A stretch of DNA of 22,779 bases from Trichomonas gallinae (GCA_008369845.1 MRSU01010611.1:62001-84779); one strand, 5' to 3'; shown: positions 9,053 to 19,784, counted from the first letter of the stretch. A program made the numbers and translations. The notes: generated by a model from the letters alone, not told the origin.

Positions 9053-10798
9053 ATGACTCTTAGCACGAGGACTTCTCCTTTCTTCCCGGGCTACGACTTC
9101 CGCCCTGGGATGCAATCCAAGCCTAAGAATCAGTCCTTGCAAGTTATCAGCGGCCTTATGAAAACGACAATGCCAGATCCAAACATTCTCGATATTCAAA
9201 TTGAAGAAACGAAAAGGAAATTAGCTGCTCTTCAAGGCAGACAACCAGAAGCTACTCAGCGCACAACATTTGTCCCCGATCTTCAACCAAACGAACCACA
9301 AGTATCATATACACTTCGTTTTTACGCGTATTTCCAGCAGAGCCTTACAGAAGCACCAGGCGAGACATTCAGAATCCGCTACGTAAAGATCTTCCTCTAC
9401 ACAGAAGATGATACGATTATGATCGAAGAAGAAAAGTCTAGAAACGCAGGAATGACACAGGGAGTCATCCTTCGCAGAATGCGTGTCCAAAATCCAAATG
9501 CTGCACAGTACGGAGCCAATTATGTCGTTGAAGATTTCAACATTGGCGTAAACGTAGATATCGGCGGCATTGTATATCATGTTTATGACTGCGATGAGTT
9601 CACGCGCGCTTATATGCAGTCCATCGGCATCCTAATCGGCGAAAAGGAAGAAGTTCCGGAAGATTTATACACGATCAAGAGAAAACTTACAGAAAGGCCA
9701 ATCCGCGTATCCCACTGCAATCCAGATCCAACAAATCTCGCGAACTTCCTCAAATACGACGGAAAAGTCCTCAGATTTTATGCAGTTTGGGATGATTCAA
9801 AGAATTTGTTCGGCGAAAAGCGCAAATTCGTCATCATCTACTTCTTAGTTGACGGCAGGATCGAAATCAGACAGGTTAATGAGCCTTCTTCCGGCCGCGA
9901 TCCAGTCGCGCGCTTCCTCGCTAAAACACAGCTCAAGAACCCACGCACAGGCCAGTACTACACTGATGCCGACTTAATGGTTGGCGAAACGGTCACTGCT
10001 TTCGGTCGCGATTTCTTCATCTACGATGCGGACGAATTCACAAAGCAGTTCCTCGACGAAAAGTACGGCATCCACGACTGGACACCAATCAAGCAGAAAG
10101 ATCCGCGCGAAATCACACTTTCGACATCAGACGCTCCTCCTTACAACGGGTGGGGCGATGAAGAGGACAGCCTTGGCTACTGCCACTCGCTGCATCCGAA
10201 GCCACCGCGTAAGAACATCGTCAAACTTCTCAACAATGATGGAAAAGTTCTCAGGTTCAAGGCTGAGTTCAAGAACCCGGCTCCTGTTGATGAGGGCCGC
10301 ACATTCGTCATTGCATTCTACACTGCTGATGACAAACTCGCTGTGTTCGAAACACCAAGAAGAAACTCTGGCTTCAGGGCCGGAAAGTTCATCCAGAAGG
10401 GTTTGTACAAGAATTTGCCAGCTGGCGGCCGCAACTTTGTCGCTCAAGATTTCTACGTTGGCGCTGAAATTGTCGTCAATTCTTACAGATTCACTCTCAC
10501 AGATGCGGATGAATACGCATACAACCAGATGGAGGCAGAGCCAGAGGACTTCCCACTGTCTGACCTCTCGAAGATTGTAGAAGACCTCAGAAGACAGCCG
10601 GACCTCGTCGAAGCTCTCAGAAAGGAGCTCGAAGCTACAGATCCAGAGCTCAAGGGCCTCGTGCCAAAGGATGACGCGGTGAAGTTGATGGTTCGCGTCC
10701 TTAAACTCGAATATCACCAGGCAATTACCATTTCTAGGAGGTTCTCGGATGATAAGATGTTCAATTACTTCGATTTCATCGGTGTGTTCTCCAAATAA
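9053..10798 (+). CDS. RIB72: EFHC1/Rib72-family flagellar microtubule inner protein (three DM10 domains, degenerate C-terminal EF-hand region)
   Basis: Three DM10 starts: TLRFYAYF...YTEDDTIMIEE...NAGMTQG; GKVLRFYAVWDD...YFLVDGRIEI...SGRDP; GKVLRFKAEF...YTADDKLAVFE...NSGFRAGKF. The linker PPYNGWGDEEDSLG is also conserved. Confidence 0.93.
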   Translation: MTLSTRTSPFFPGYDFRPGMQSKPKNQSLQVISGLMKTTMPDPNILDIQIEETKRKLAALQGRQPEATQRTTFVPDLQPNEPQVSYTLRFYAYFQQSLTEAPGETFRIRYVKIFLYTEDDTIMIEEEKSRNAGMTQGVILRRMRVQNPNAAQYGANYVVEDFNIGVNVDIGGIVYHVYDCDEFTRAYMQSIGILIGEKEEVPEDLYTIKRKLTERPIRVSHCNPDPTNLANFLKYDGKVLRFYAVWDDSKNLFGEKRKFVIIYFLVDGRIEIRQVNEPSSGRDPVARFLAKTQLKNPRTGQYYTDADLMVGETVTAFGRDFFIYDADEFTKQFLDEKYGIHDWTPIKQKDPREITLSTSDAPPYNGWGDEEDSLGYCHSLHPKPPRKNIVKLLNNDGKVLRFKAEFKNPAPVDEGRTFVIAFYTADDKLAVFETPRRNSGFRAGKFIQKGLYKNLPAGGRNFVAQDFYVGAEIVVNSYRFTLTDADEYAYNQMEAEPEDFPLSDLSKIVEDLRRQPDLVEALRKELEATDPELKGLVPKDDAVKLMVRVLKLEYHQAITISRRFSDDKMFNYFDFIGVFSK

Positions 10799-11118
10799 GA
10801 AGTTTTAGATTTTATTATTTTATTTGAAGCCTGTAATAACTTTAATGAAGCATAAATTTTGATTATTTATATACATTTAGCGCAATTTTAACAATCACAA
10901 ATTATTTGTAACAATTTTTCACCTTGGGAAAGCGAAAATCTCCATCATCATAATAACCACAGTGTGTTTAGACCAGATGAATGAGAGCCTTGATTTATTG
11001 AAATTAGATTAGCAAGTGCAATGTGTTTGGAGAATCTATCATTAAGATCTTTTGCTACTTCATAATCTATGCCAAAATTTATGTTTCAAAACATTTTGTG
11101 GTAAATTAAAATATTTTT

Positions 11119-12243
11119 ATGTTTGCACCAAACTGGGAAGAAAATGCGCAGAGCATAGAGGATTATTTGAATGATGACAGCTTCTTCAAATACAGGAAAA
11201 CAGATGAACTTTTCAGCTTCCTTGATGCGAAACAATTGAAGCCTGACAATTTCGACTTGTTTTTCAATAATATTTCAACATATCACGACAAACACACGAT
11301 ATTAGACATTATTTCTCATGCTAATGTCGAATACTGCAGCAACATTTCAGATATTCTTATGAACATCAACACTTTGTTTCACATCTTAAAAATATCACTT
11401 CTATTGAAAATGTCAAAATCCATTTATTCGATTTTCCACAACATCCTGACAAATTCAATCATCGAAGAAATTAAGCAGAGAATTGATGAAATGAAAGAAG
11501 TTCAATGCAACAGTTTGGAAGATGTCAAGAAGTTACAAAATCAAAAAATGGAAGAAATGAAGAACAAAATTGATGAAATTATGAAAATACATAATACAAA
11601 ATTAGATGAAGTTAAAGGGAAGATTGATGATATAAAATGGAAGATAAACGATGTAAATTGGAAGATTGAAGATCTCTCAAAGAATGTTAAGCTTCCATTG
11701 AGGCATAAAAATTTTGACAAACTGAAAATTATTCAAAAAACTTCAGCAAACTTTGACAAAATTTACATATCTTTTGAAAAAATTGCCAATGAAGATGACT
11801 TTATATCATTGAAGCTTGCAATTGAATCAAGATATCACGAAGTTACAATGGAAAAATATGAAAATACTAAGAATATTTTCACTTATGGTGCAGTGAGAAA
11901 CAACTTTAAGTTAGTCAAAATGCTTGCTGAGAATGGTTTAATCCCATTCAAAAATGGTCCTTCGGGTTCAAGTCCATTATGGTTTTTATGCAGAAATGGC
12001 AACTTAGAAGCTGCGAAATATATTTGTGAACTTCCTGGAGCTGATTTCAATTCTCATTCAAATTATAATATAACTATACTATATGTTGCAAGTTTCAATG
12101 ATTTTTATGAAATTTGCGAATATCTTCTCTCATTCAAAGATATTGATGTTAACATGAAAAACACGGATGATGGGTCAACAGCACTTTCTATTGCTCAAAC
12201 ATATAGAATAAGAAATCTTTTGAAATCACATGGTGCAAAATAA
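11119..12243 (+). CDS. Ankyrin repeat protein with central coiled coil (expanded trichomonad family)
   Basis: C-terminal ankyrin motifs GSSPLWFLCRNGNLEAAKYI, TILYVASFNDFYEICEYLL and GSTALSIA...LLKSHGAK. Heptad run KIDDIKWKINDVNWKIEDL. Confidence 0.9.
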   Translation: MFAPNWEENAQSIEDYLNDDSFFKYRKTDELFSFLDAKQLKPDNFDLFFNNISTYHDKHTILDIISHANVEYCSNISDILMNINTLFHILKISLLLKMSKSIYSIFHNILTNSIIEEIKQRIDEMKEVQCNSLEDVKKLQNQKMEEMKNKIDEIMKIHNTKLDEVKGKIDDIKWKINDVNWKIEDLSKNVKLPLRHKNFDKLKIIQKTSANFDKIYISFEKIANEDDFISLKLAIESRYHEVTMEKYENTKNIFTYGAVRNNFKLVKMLAENGLIPFKNGPSGSSPLWFLCRNGNLEAAKYICELPGADFNSHSNYNITILYVASFNDFYEICEYLLSFKDIDVNMKNTDDGSTALSIAQTYRIRNLLKSHGAK

Positions 12244-12313
12244 GCCAATTTGAGTTGTCTTGATTATATAATTATATGTATCCATGATAATTTTTTTTTT
12301 CTATTCTGTTATT

Positions 12314-13522
12314 TTACATTTGATTTGCATCTAAATTCAATTCATTGATTCGTGATAACAAAAGAAAACAGTTTTCATCATCGATGCCTTGAATGATTTC
12401 AAAATCTTCATCATTTATAACTTCTTTAAGTTCTTCATCAGTCAACATTAAGAATGTATCGATGATTTTGTTGTTTAATGTATTATCATTCATTATCAAA
12501 GAATCATGCAATAAATCAATATTTTCTAACAACATTGATTTGCATCTAGTAGCATGGAATAGACTGCAAAGCAATCTTGTTGATTCTCTGGAAATTAACG
12601 ACGAAATTCGAGGAAAACCATGATTTTCGAAAAATGTAAGAATGTTGTAGGATATTTGAGGATATTCATCAACAAGCTTCGATAGAACAAATAAAATAAC
12701 ATCAGTTAAATTTTGATCGAAAATTATATCTAATAAAAGTCGATAAATATCAGGATTTATATCGTTAAATATATGCGTTATCAATAATATAGCTCGTTTG
12801 TTCGGTTTGTTCTTTAATATAAATGAAATTGATTCAATCACTTTTTCATTTCCAAAAAAATCGATCAAACTGTGATCAGTAGTACATAAGGTAACAATAA
12901 GATTATGTAGTATTAGTGTTCCTTCGATTTCGTGCATTTTTTCGAATATAATATTTGATATTTTTTCTGGCAATTCATATCGGAATAAATCTGAGATAAA
13001 TCTTTCTATATTATGATCTAAAATCGTATTTTGATTTGTTAATGAGAAAATATAAGAAATTATATCAAAATTCAAATAATTAACAATAATATCATGTGAT
13101 ATCTGCGATTTCTCACAAGATATGCACATAATAGTCAGCAATTCATTGATACGTGCTGTGTTTGAATTGATTTTTTCTAGTATTATTGGAATTAATGATT
13201 TGAAATATTCTTCTTCATCCATTGGACTTGCAATTAATGTTTTAATGGTATTAAATGCTAGTTGAACAATCATTTCGTTATCTGCTGTTGAAATAAGATC
13301 TATGAGATTTTCATTAACATCATAGTCATATAATTCATCCGGAATCACGAGCTTCTTTGCACTAAATATCTGCAACATCGTGTTTAATGGCTCTATTTTC
13401 CCTTCTTCTGCTTCTGAATTAATTAAATCCTGAAAAAGCAAGCAAAAATCTATGCTTTTGATAGCATCATTGATACCATCAGATACGTGCGAATTGATTA
13501 TTCTATCCCTAAGATCAATCAT
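12314..13522 (-). CDS. Hypothetical protein, probably helical repeat (ARM/HEAT-like), 402 aa
   Basis: Long ATG ORF in very AT-rich DNA with I/L-rich amphipathic segments; the fold is inference only. Confidence 0.75.
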   Translation of the reverse strand: MIDLRDRIINSHVSDGINDAIKSIDFCLLFQDLINSEAEEGKIEPLNTMLQIFSAKKLVIPDELYDYDVNENLIDLISTADNEMIVQLAFNTIKTLIASPMDEEEYFKSLIPIILEKINSNTARINELLTIMCISCEKSQISHDIIVNYLNFDIISYIFSLTNQNTILDHNIERFISDLFRYELPEKISNIIFEKMHEIEGTLILHNLIVTLCTTDHSLIDFFGNEKVIESISFILKNKPNKRAILLITHIFNDINPDIYRLLLDIIFDQNLTDVILFVLSKLVDEYPQISYNILTFFENHGFPRISSLISRESTRLLCSLFHATRCKSMLLENIDLLHDSLIMNDNTLNNKIIDTFLMLTDEELKEVINDEDFEIIQGIDDENCFLLLSRINELNLDANQM

Positions 13523-14069
13523 TGATCTTCTTCAACAACAACAAAATAAAAAATATGATGTGTTTACGGGCGTGTAAAATAGCACTTTTATAACCTTATT
13601 TTTTAAAATCCATTTTTCATCATTAAATAACTATTTTTAAAACCTAAGTTTATCAAAAAGTTTTTAAAATTATAGGTCTACATGATATACTTGTATTTGT
13701 TTTACAAAATATAATTTTTGAATTCTTGATAGAATAAAATAATGCTTAAAAATACATATTATGCAATTGATCAAATACTCATGCATAATATAGTTAAATT
13801 GTTATATAATGATGATATTGTAACAAATCAAAGTCTCATAATTGTTTATTTGCAGCTCGATTTAAATATATAACAATGGTTTTAATAAAATCATCATATT
13901 TTCTAATAATACGTTTAATTTTAATTCCAATTCAATTCAATCAATGTTGATATAAAATCATTTTTTATTTGTTCGATAGTGATATAGTTTAGATGGATAT
14001 ATATTATTTGTAGCTTGTTAAAAACATTTGTATAGTATATTTATAAAAACAAAACACAAAAAAATAATA

Positions 14070-14903
14070 TTAAAATCCAAGACCTGAAAATGAAGTCTTT
14101 GGTTTTGATCCTACTGGTTTGTTAGGCTTTGCTGTAATCGCTGGCTTGATGTTCATAGATATATTTAGTTTTTTAAGATTAGCCATCGGAATTTCAACAG
14201 GCTCGATGGCAGACTCAACATCTAATGTTGTAGTGAACTCATCATACCATGGAAGTGGTGGAAAGTCAGATTCGCTGTTTTGAAAAGGCAAAAAGTTTTT
14301 ATGTTCCATTGTTCTAAATTTGCTGAGAAGTGCAATAGTTTTAACAGCATATTCCTTAGACATCTTTGATAGTGAAGATGCGAGTGATGTGTATGCTACC
14401 GGATAATGAAGAAAAACAGATGTTGTCATCTCTTCAGTGAGAAGCTCAACCAAATTGGCAGAAACATCTTGTATTTCTATAAGTAGCTGGAATAAGGCAA
14501 TCAATCTCCATTGAACTGAATGAAATGTTTTCTTTGTCATTAATTTTTCGAATGAACAGGCTGATGTAGCAATATTATAAAACGAATCTTTCAAATTTAG
14601 CTTTTGAATTTTGCCAAGTGTCTGTCTAAGCTTTTTAAGCGTTGAAATATACTTAAATGAACGAATTTGGTGTCTTGATGTAGCAAAAATCTTATTCATT
14701 AAATCAGATTCGGATTTAATGGTATTGTAGAGCGGTTCATCGTGTGAAAAATCGAGAATTAACTTTGTTAAATAATTTAATTGCTGCAAAGGCGGCTTTT
14801 TGAAATCAATCTTTGCTGTTTCTATCGTGTCGCGGCTAATATCTGTGTACCACTTGTTTAGTGACACTCTTAAAACGTTTTTCTGCGAAATCAATCTTTC
14901 CAT
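14070..14903 (-). CDS. Hypothetical protein, candidate NEPRO/RMP64/Rmp1 (DUF4477) RNase MRP subunit
   Basis: 277-aa ATG ORF. Residues ~62-215 (IKSESDLMNKIF...RHQIRSFKYISTLKKLRQTLGKIQKLNLKDS...WRLIALFQLLIEIQD...VFLHYPVAYTSLASSL) match by eye the NEPRO N-terminal domain as I recall it. The CDS is solid; the family call is tentative. Confidence 0.6.
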   Translation of the reverse strand: MERLISQKNVLRVSLNKWYTDISRDTIETAKIDFKKPPLQQLNYLTKLILDFSHDEPLYNTIKSESDLMNKIFATSRHQIRSFKYISTLKKLRQTLGKIQKLNLKDSFYNIATSACSFEKLMTKKTFHSVQWRLIALFQLLIEIQDVSANLVELLTEEMTTSVFLHYPVAYTSLASSLSKMSKEYAVKTIALLSKFRTMEHKNFLPFQNSESDFPPLPWYDEFTTTLDVESAIEPVEIPMANLKKLNISMNIKPAITAKPNKPVGSKPKTSFSGLGF

Positions 14904-15596
14904 TTTTATAAAATTTTGGGCACAAAAATAATCGTTTTCCCCTCAATTTTATTTTGCTTGAATTTCTTTTCCAGTAGATATTGAGCAATTATCTATAGTA
15001 TATCTTTAAAGTTCTACAACAACACAGCAATATTTTATCACCAAAATTATCACATATCGTATATTATTGATCATTTGGAATTTTTAATATTATATTGTGA
15101 TAACATTCCTACTTGCCAATAATATCCAAGATTCTCCTATTCCATATATTCAAAACATCACAAATCGTATCTTATTGACTAATATTAAGGTTGCATCCTT
15201 AAATTATAAAATCATATTATTATGTTTGATCTAAAATCACATCAACATTGCATAATAATCCAAATAAGTAATATATATTAATCAGAAATGCATCAAAATC
15301 ATAATTTTCATAATATAATATCAAATTTTTAATTATTTTTTATGATTTTCTTTATTTTTATCATGCATTACGAGCCAAGTGCTATATTGTAAGATTGTTA
15401 GAACACTCATGCTTGATAATAATGAGAAGAAAGAAAATTGATAACAAAATTTTAATTTTGACATGTAATGTTTAAGTGTCAAAAAATTATTTTGTTATTT
15501 TTCGCGAATAAATCAGGTGCAAACACCGTATATTTACGAGAAACATAAACAAAATCCAAAAATATATAAAGATTGTAGTTGCACAAAAAGTGCCAG

Positions 15597-15654
15597 GTCT
15601 CACAAATTCCGGTAGTACCTTATCAAAAGTTGTGAGACTCCAGCGGTTATCATC
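15597..15654 (+). promoter_or_regulatory. GH15 promoter: 9-bp inverted repeat, M3-like element and Inr-like TCATC
   Basis: GTCTCACAA (15597-15605) and TTGTGAGAC (15630-15638); AGCGGTTA (15642-15649); TCATC (15650-15654); ATG at 15658. Confidence 0.5.
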
Positions 15655-15657
15655 TGA

Positions 15658-17709
15658 ATGCTTTTCTGCTTTGTTTTTACTGCTATTTCAGCAACAGAGC
15701 GTGCGATTCCGTCATTCTGGCTCAACAACTGGGACTCAACAAACCCAATTATCGCGTTTTGGAACACTGCACAGCTTTCTTGGACAGTTGATCCTACGAT
15801 GCACCCAGGAATCAATCATCTTCGCGCCTACAATGATATGGAGAGGGATGTTGTTACATCAGACTCATTTGCTCTTAAAGTTGATGACGTAATTTACGGA
15901 AATGATATGTTATTCAACAATTCTCATCTCAGTGGATGCGTACAAGAGGTAAATGGAGAACTTTGGACATTATACGATCGCTATGGAAACCAAACAATGC
16001 CTGTTTCTGTTCATCGCGCATTTTATTTACCACCTAATGAGGAATTCTACGTAATCAAATACACAATCAAATCCAATGACGGCAATGCACACACAGTCAA
16101 GCTTCTTGATTACTTAGTATCAGGAAAAGATCAAACTTGGTCTACTGGCTCATGTTCAGGCAAAACATGCGTGATTAACCGCGATGATCCTAAGATAGCT
16201 TCTATTGCTATCTTGACTGATGTTAAACACCAGCATTCTCGTTCAGTTGGAAATGGTGATTTTTCATCTAACGATAACCACCTCACCCAGTTCAATTCTT
16301 CGGGAACTGTTCCAATGTTTAACGAATACAAACAGGAATCAGTGTCTTTTGGGGCTGTTTATAATATTCAAATTTCACCTTCTAAGCCAGTTGTTATTTC
16401 AACAACACGTGCTTTTGGCCGCTCTAGTACAGATGCTATTAATCATCTCACAACTGCAATGGCTCTTGGTACAGAAGCATTAATCAAATTTACAAGTGAG
16501 AGATATGCTAGCTTCCTTGCTAAAGGTGTTCAACCATCTCTCACTGGTGATGCTCTTGATTTCTACCAGAAATCTATCCTCACACTCAAAGCATCGCAAA
16601 ATCCATATATTGGAACTGTCGCCTCTTCTCTCCATCCTAAATATGGGTATAAGAACTGGATGAGAGACTCACTGATGGCTGCTTTCATGCTCGATGCTGC
16701 CGGTTACCATGACGAAGCCAAGAAATTCTTCAATTGGGTTCCAAAGGCCTCTCTTGATGACAAAGGAGGATTCCACACCACATATAGTGCTCTCACTGGT
16801 GAGTACGTTGGTTTCGTTGAGCCACAATACGACTCAGTCGGTCTTTATCTCGTTGCCATGAACTACAGACTTAAATCATTCGGCGACAAAGACTTCGTTA
16901 GAGCAAACATTGAATTCATTAGAAAGATGGAAGATTTCGTCTTCAAGAATTCAGGATTCCACAACCTTCCTCTCTCAGACAGGTCCCCGTGGGAGGAATC
17001 AACAGATCATCACACAGGCGAAGACATTCCTCAGCAGTACTACGCGTTTGAAGTTGGCTGCTTGTACGGAGGCATGATGGCCGCGCACTCGATAGAGCTC
17101 GAGATTGGCGACTCAACAAGAGCAGAGAAATGCCTGCAGAGAGCCAAGGAGATCAAACAAGGCACGATGGAGGCTTTGTGGGACAGTGAGAATAAGAGAT
17201 TGTACAGAGGTGTCTGGGATGACAATGACAAGAAACCAGACTTAAGAGCAGATTCCGCATCAATGACATGCGTTTTCTTCGGCTTGCTTGAAGGAGAAGA
17301 GGCTAAGTCTCACCTTAAGTATATAAAATCCAAGCTCACTAAGCTGAAGAATGGCATCGCAAGATATGAAGGCGATCCATACTTTTACGATTCCATTTGG
17401 AATCCATGCAGCGACCATTGGAGCAAAATCTATCACAACGAGACACAGGTTGGAGAGCCAGCCTGGCCTGTTGTCACTGCATACGTAGCATGGAGTGAGC
17501 ACATCCTTGGGATAGATATACAGCCAAGACTAGATTGGATGGTCGAAATTGCTGCATATGGAAATATGCCAATCGGTGAGGCAGTAGATTCCAAAGACGG
17601 ATCACTCATTGTTCCTTCTGCTCCTGATTGCTTCGAGCATGCTGGTGTATATGTATACACAGTCTTGCTTAAGCAGAACAAGGTTAGATCTTTGATTAGC
17701 GCATTTTAA
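15658..17709 (+). CDS. Probably secreted glycoside hydrolase family 15 (glucoamylase-like, six-hairpin glycosidase)
   Basis: YKNWMRDS (GH15 WxRD), EAKKFFNW, QYDSVGLY, SPWEE (catalytic acid), DSAS, GIARYEGDPY, AWPVVTAY, GNMPIGEAVD (putative base Glu). Short hydrophobic N-terminus MLFCFVFTAISA. Confidence 0.88.
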   Translation: MLFCFVFTAISATERAIPSFWLNNWDSTNPIIAFWNTAQLSWTVDPTMHPGINHLRAYNDMERDVVTSDSFALKVDDVIYGNDMLFNNSHLSGCVQEVNGELWTLYDRYGNQTMPVSVHRAFYLPPNEEFYVIKYTIKSNDGNAHTVKLLDYLVSGKDQTWSTGSCSGKTCVINRDDPKIASIAILTDVKHQHSRSVGNGDFSSNDNHLTQFNSSGTVPMFNEYKQESVSFGAVYNIQISPSKPVVISTTRAFGRSSTDAINHLTTAMALGTEALIKFTSERYASFLAKGVQPSLTGDALDFYQKSILTLKASQNPYIGTVASSLHPKYGYKNWMRDSLMAAFMLDAAGYHDEAKKFFNWVPKASLDDKGGFHTTYSALTGEYVGFVEPQYDSVGLYLVAMNYRLKSFGDKDFVRANIEFIRKMEDFVFKNSGFHNLPLSDRSPWEESTDHHTGEDIPQQYYAFEVGCLYGGMMAAHSIELEIGDSTRAEKCLQRAKEIKQGTMEALWDSENKRLYRGVWDDNDKKPDLRADSASMTCVFFGLLEGEEAKSHLKYIKSKLTKLKNGIARYEGDPYFYDSIWNPCSDHWSKIYHNETQVGEPAWPVVTAYVAWSEHILGIDIQPRLDWMVEIAAYGNMPIGEAVDSKDGSLIVPSAPDCFEHAGVYVYTVLLKQNKVRSLISAF

Positions 17710-18916
17710 TTATTCTTTTATTAATATAATAAACAAGAATCTAATACATTGTATGAATATATTTTTGTCAAATATATTAGCAAAAATATACATTTTGCTA
17801 TGATCGTAAATAATCACACATGAAAAATAAGAATAACATTGATTTATTTTAGGATTATTATATATTATTGACATACAAGTTTCCATATATACCTAGAACA
17901 GAGTTAGAAATGATATTTATAACTCTCAAAAACACGTTTTTTTCCTTTGCAGTCGCACAAATTTATTTAAACAGAAGAGAACAGTTGACAGCATCATATG
18001 AAATGTTTTTATATGTTTTAATCCTCGAAAATCGCTGTAGAAAGAAATTCAAAAAATTAATTAAAGTGAAATTATCACTCATAGGAGTCAAACATGCTGT
18101 TTTACATCAAATAACGAGTGATTCAATAAAAGCCTGTATTTTTTTTTCAACTAATTTGCCCATATTCTCAAAACATGCTATATGATGTATTTATCACTAC
18201 TAAAATACGCCAATAAATCCATCATCACTCAGCAATTAAGGAGATACAATATACAAAAGTGCTTTCTACCAAAAATTTTAAGATCTTTCGGCACTTTTTT
18301 ATAATTGATCGCATCATTTTACGTAAACAATATAGTCTATATGTTCATTAGCTCGTTAAAAATTATCATCCTTTTTCATTTAAATTTTTGAGTGGAGGAA
18401 TTTAAAGGATAAATATGTTATATTAGATATAATTAGTAATATGTTCATGACATTTATGACCAAAAATCTTTAACGTGCTTGTGGTTTTGTCGCATCCATC
18501 CATGTATAACAATTATGATATAAACAAATAAAAAGGCTTTTTTGATCATATATCAGAAAAAATTCAAAACCGAAATAAAAAATTGAGAGTCAAAACGGTT
18601 TTAAAACCATCCTCAGAATTTGTTTATTTTTTGAGATATATCAGTTAATGTTATAGGAATAGTTATAGTTTATATCCTTTTTAAGGCCTATTTTTTAATT
18701 TTTGGCTGAATTTCTTATAAATCAACAATATTTAAAATTCATGCCTTATATAATATTTAGAGAATAATTACATAAAACCCAAATTGAAGGTTTATATGAA
18801 TTACATCCATATATGATATATATCATTATTCTACAATAAAAATCTCAAGGTGTAAAAATTGAGAAGGATTGTAAAATTGAGAATAGCTCACAAAATTTTT
18901 TTTTTATTATAAACCT

Positions 18917-18921
18917 TCATT
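18917..18921 (+). promoter_or_regulatory. Initiator (Inr) TCATT
   Basis: TCATTTT about 12 nt before ATG 18933, the canonical trichomonad Inr position. Confidence 0.6.
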
Positions 18922-18932
18922 TTACTCCAAAG

Positions 18933-19469
18933 ATGTCTATACTCTACATGCACATTCACAGCTTCGTTTTCACAGACAAGAAGAACGACGCGACCGAAAA
19001 GATGTACTACCAGATTATCAACAACACAACAGGCGCTTTCAAGACATATCAATTCAATGGCAAGCGCGGCGCTACCGTTAAGAAGTCTGTTAATTTGAAA
19101 ATAGCAACATGCAACAATCAGTCCATAACGGTCAAGCTCTTCAGAAAGGGTCTCTTCAAGGAAGAATTAATTTCTTATGCTGACATCCCCATAAACCAAC
19201 TCCCTATTGATAAGGTTACGAAGAACAATTTGATTTTCACACCTGTTAACTGCAACACACAGCCAATCGTTCTTCGCTGCCGTTTACACCTTGCTCAATC
19301 TTGCTCACCATACAAATGCGAAACAGTCGAATCTCCACTGCAGCAGGTTGACTTCTCCATCCTCAAATATCACAGGATGGGCCATTCAGATAGATCTGCT
19401 AATGTTTCAACAGATTCTTTCGGTGAAGATGCAATGGATTCTCCACTGCTTGCGGCTGTTGTATTCTAA
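18933..19469 (+). CDS. C2-domain-like protein (178 aa)
   Basis: QSITVKLFRKGLFKEELISYADIPINQLPIDKV...LRCRLHL matches the C-terminal strands of a C2 domain; Ca-binding aspartates are not evident. Confidence 0.7.
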   Translation: MSILYMHIHSFVFTDKKNDATEKMYYQIINNTTGAFKTYQFNGKRGATVKKSVNLKIATCNNQSITVKLFRKGLFKEELISYADIPINQLPIDKVTKNNLIFTPVNCNTQPIVLRCRLHLAQSCSPYKCETVESPLQQVDFSILKYHRMGHSDRSANVSTDSFGEDAMDSPLLAAVVF

Positions 19470-19784
19470 TCTATTTGTTTGTATTTATTAAATATGTCTA
19501 TCTATTCATTCATATTACTCTTATTTATTTCAATCAAAAATATTTTTCCCTTCGTTTATTTACTCTTTGCTTTGCATTGATGTACACCCTTTCATGAGAA
19601 TATCATGTTTTGCTGTTTATTTTTAAAATCGATTGCGTTTTTAGTTTATTATATTTTTATTTCATCAAAGATGATAGAGAACATCATCGAAATCTTGAAT
19701 GAAGCTATTTAAATGAAAAGAAAGTTGTTAAAAGCTTATATCACGTTTAAATATTTGATTTTCAGCGCAAATTAAAAATAATTT

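Noticed and set aside
9305..10717. Overlapping or antisense ORFs (91, 199, 196 aa) within EFHC, and similar ones inside the ankyrin, kinase, GH15 and Hsp70 genes
   Set aside because: Shadow frames expected from the codon bias of the real genes; no motifs.
10919..11050. GC-richer patch with a minus-strand ATGATGA (box C-like)
   Set aside because: No box D (CTGA) at a suitable distance and no terminal stem; cannot support an ncRNA.
17868..18185. 105-aa ORF
   Set aside because: TTG start, no motif, intergenic composition.
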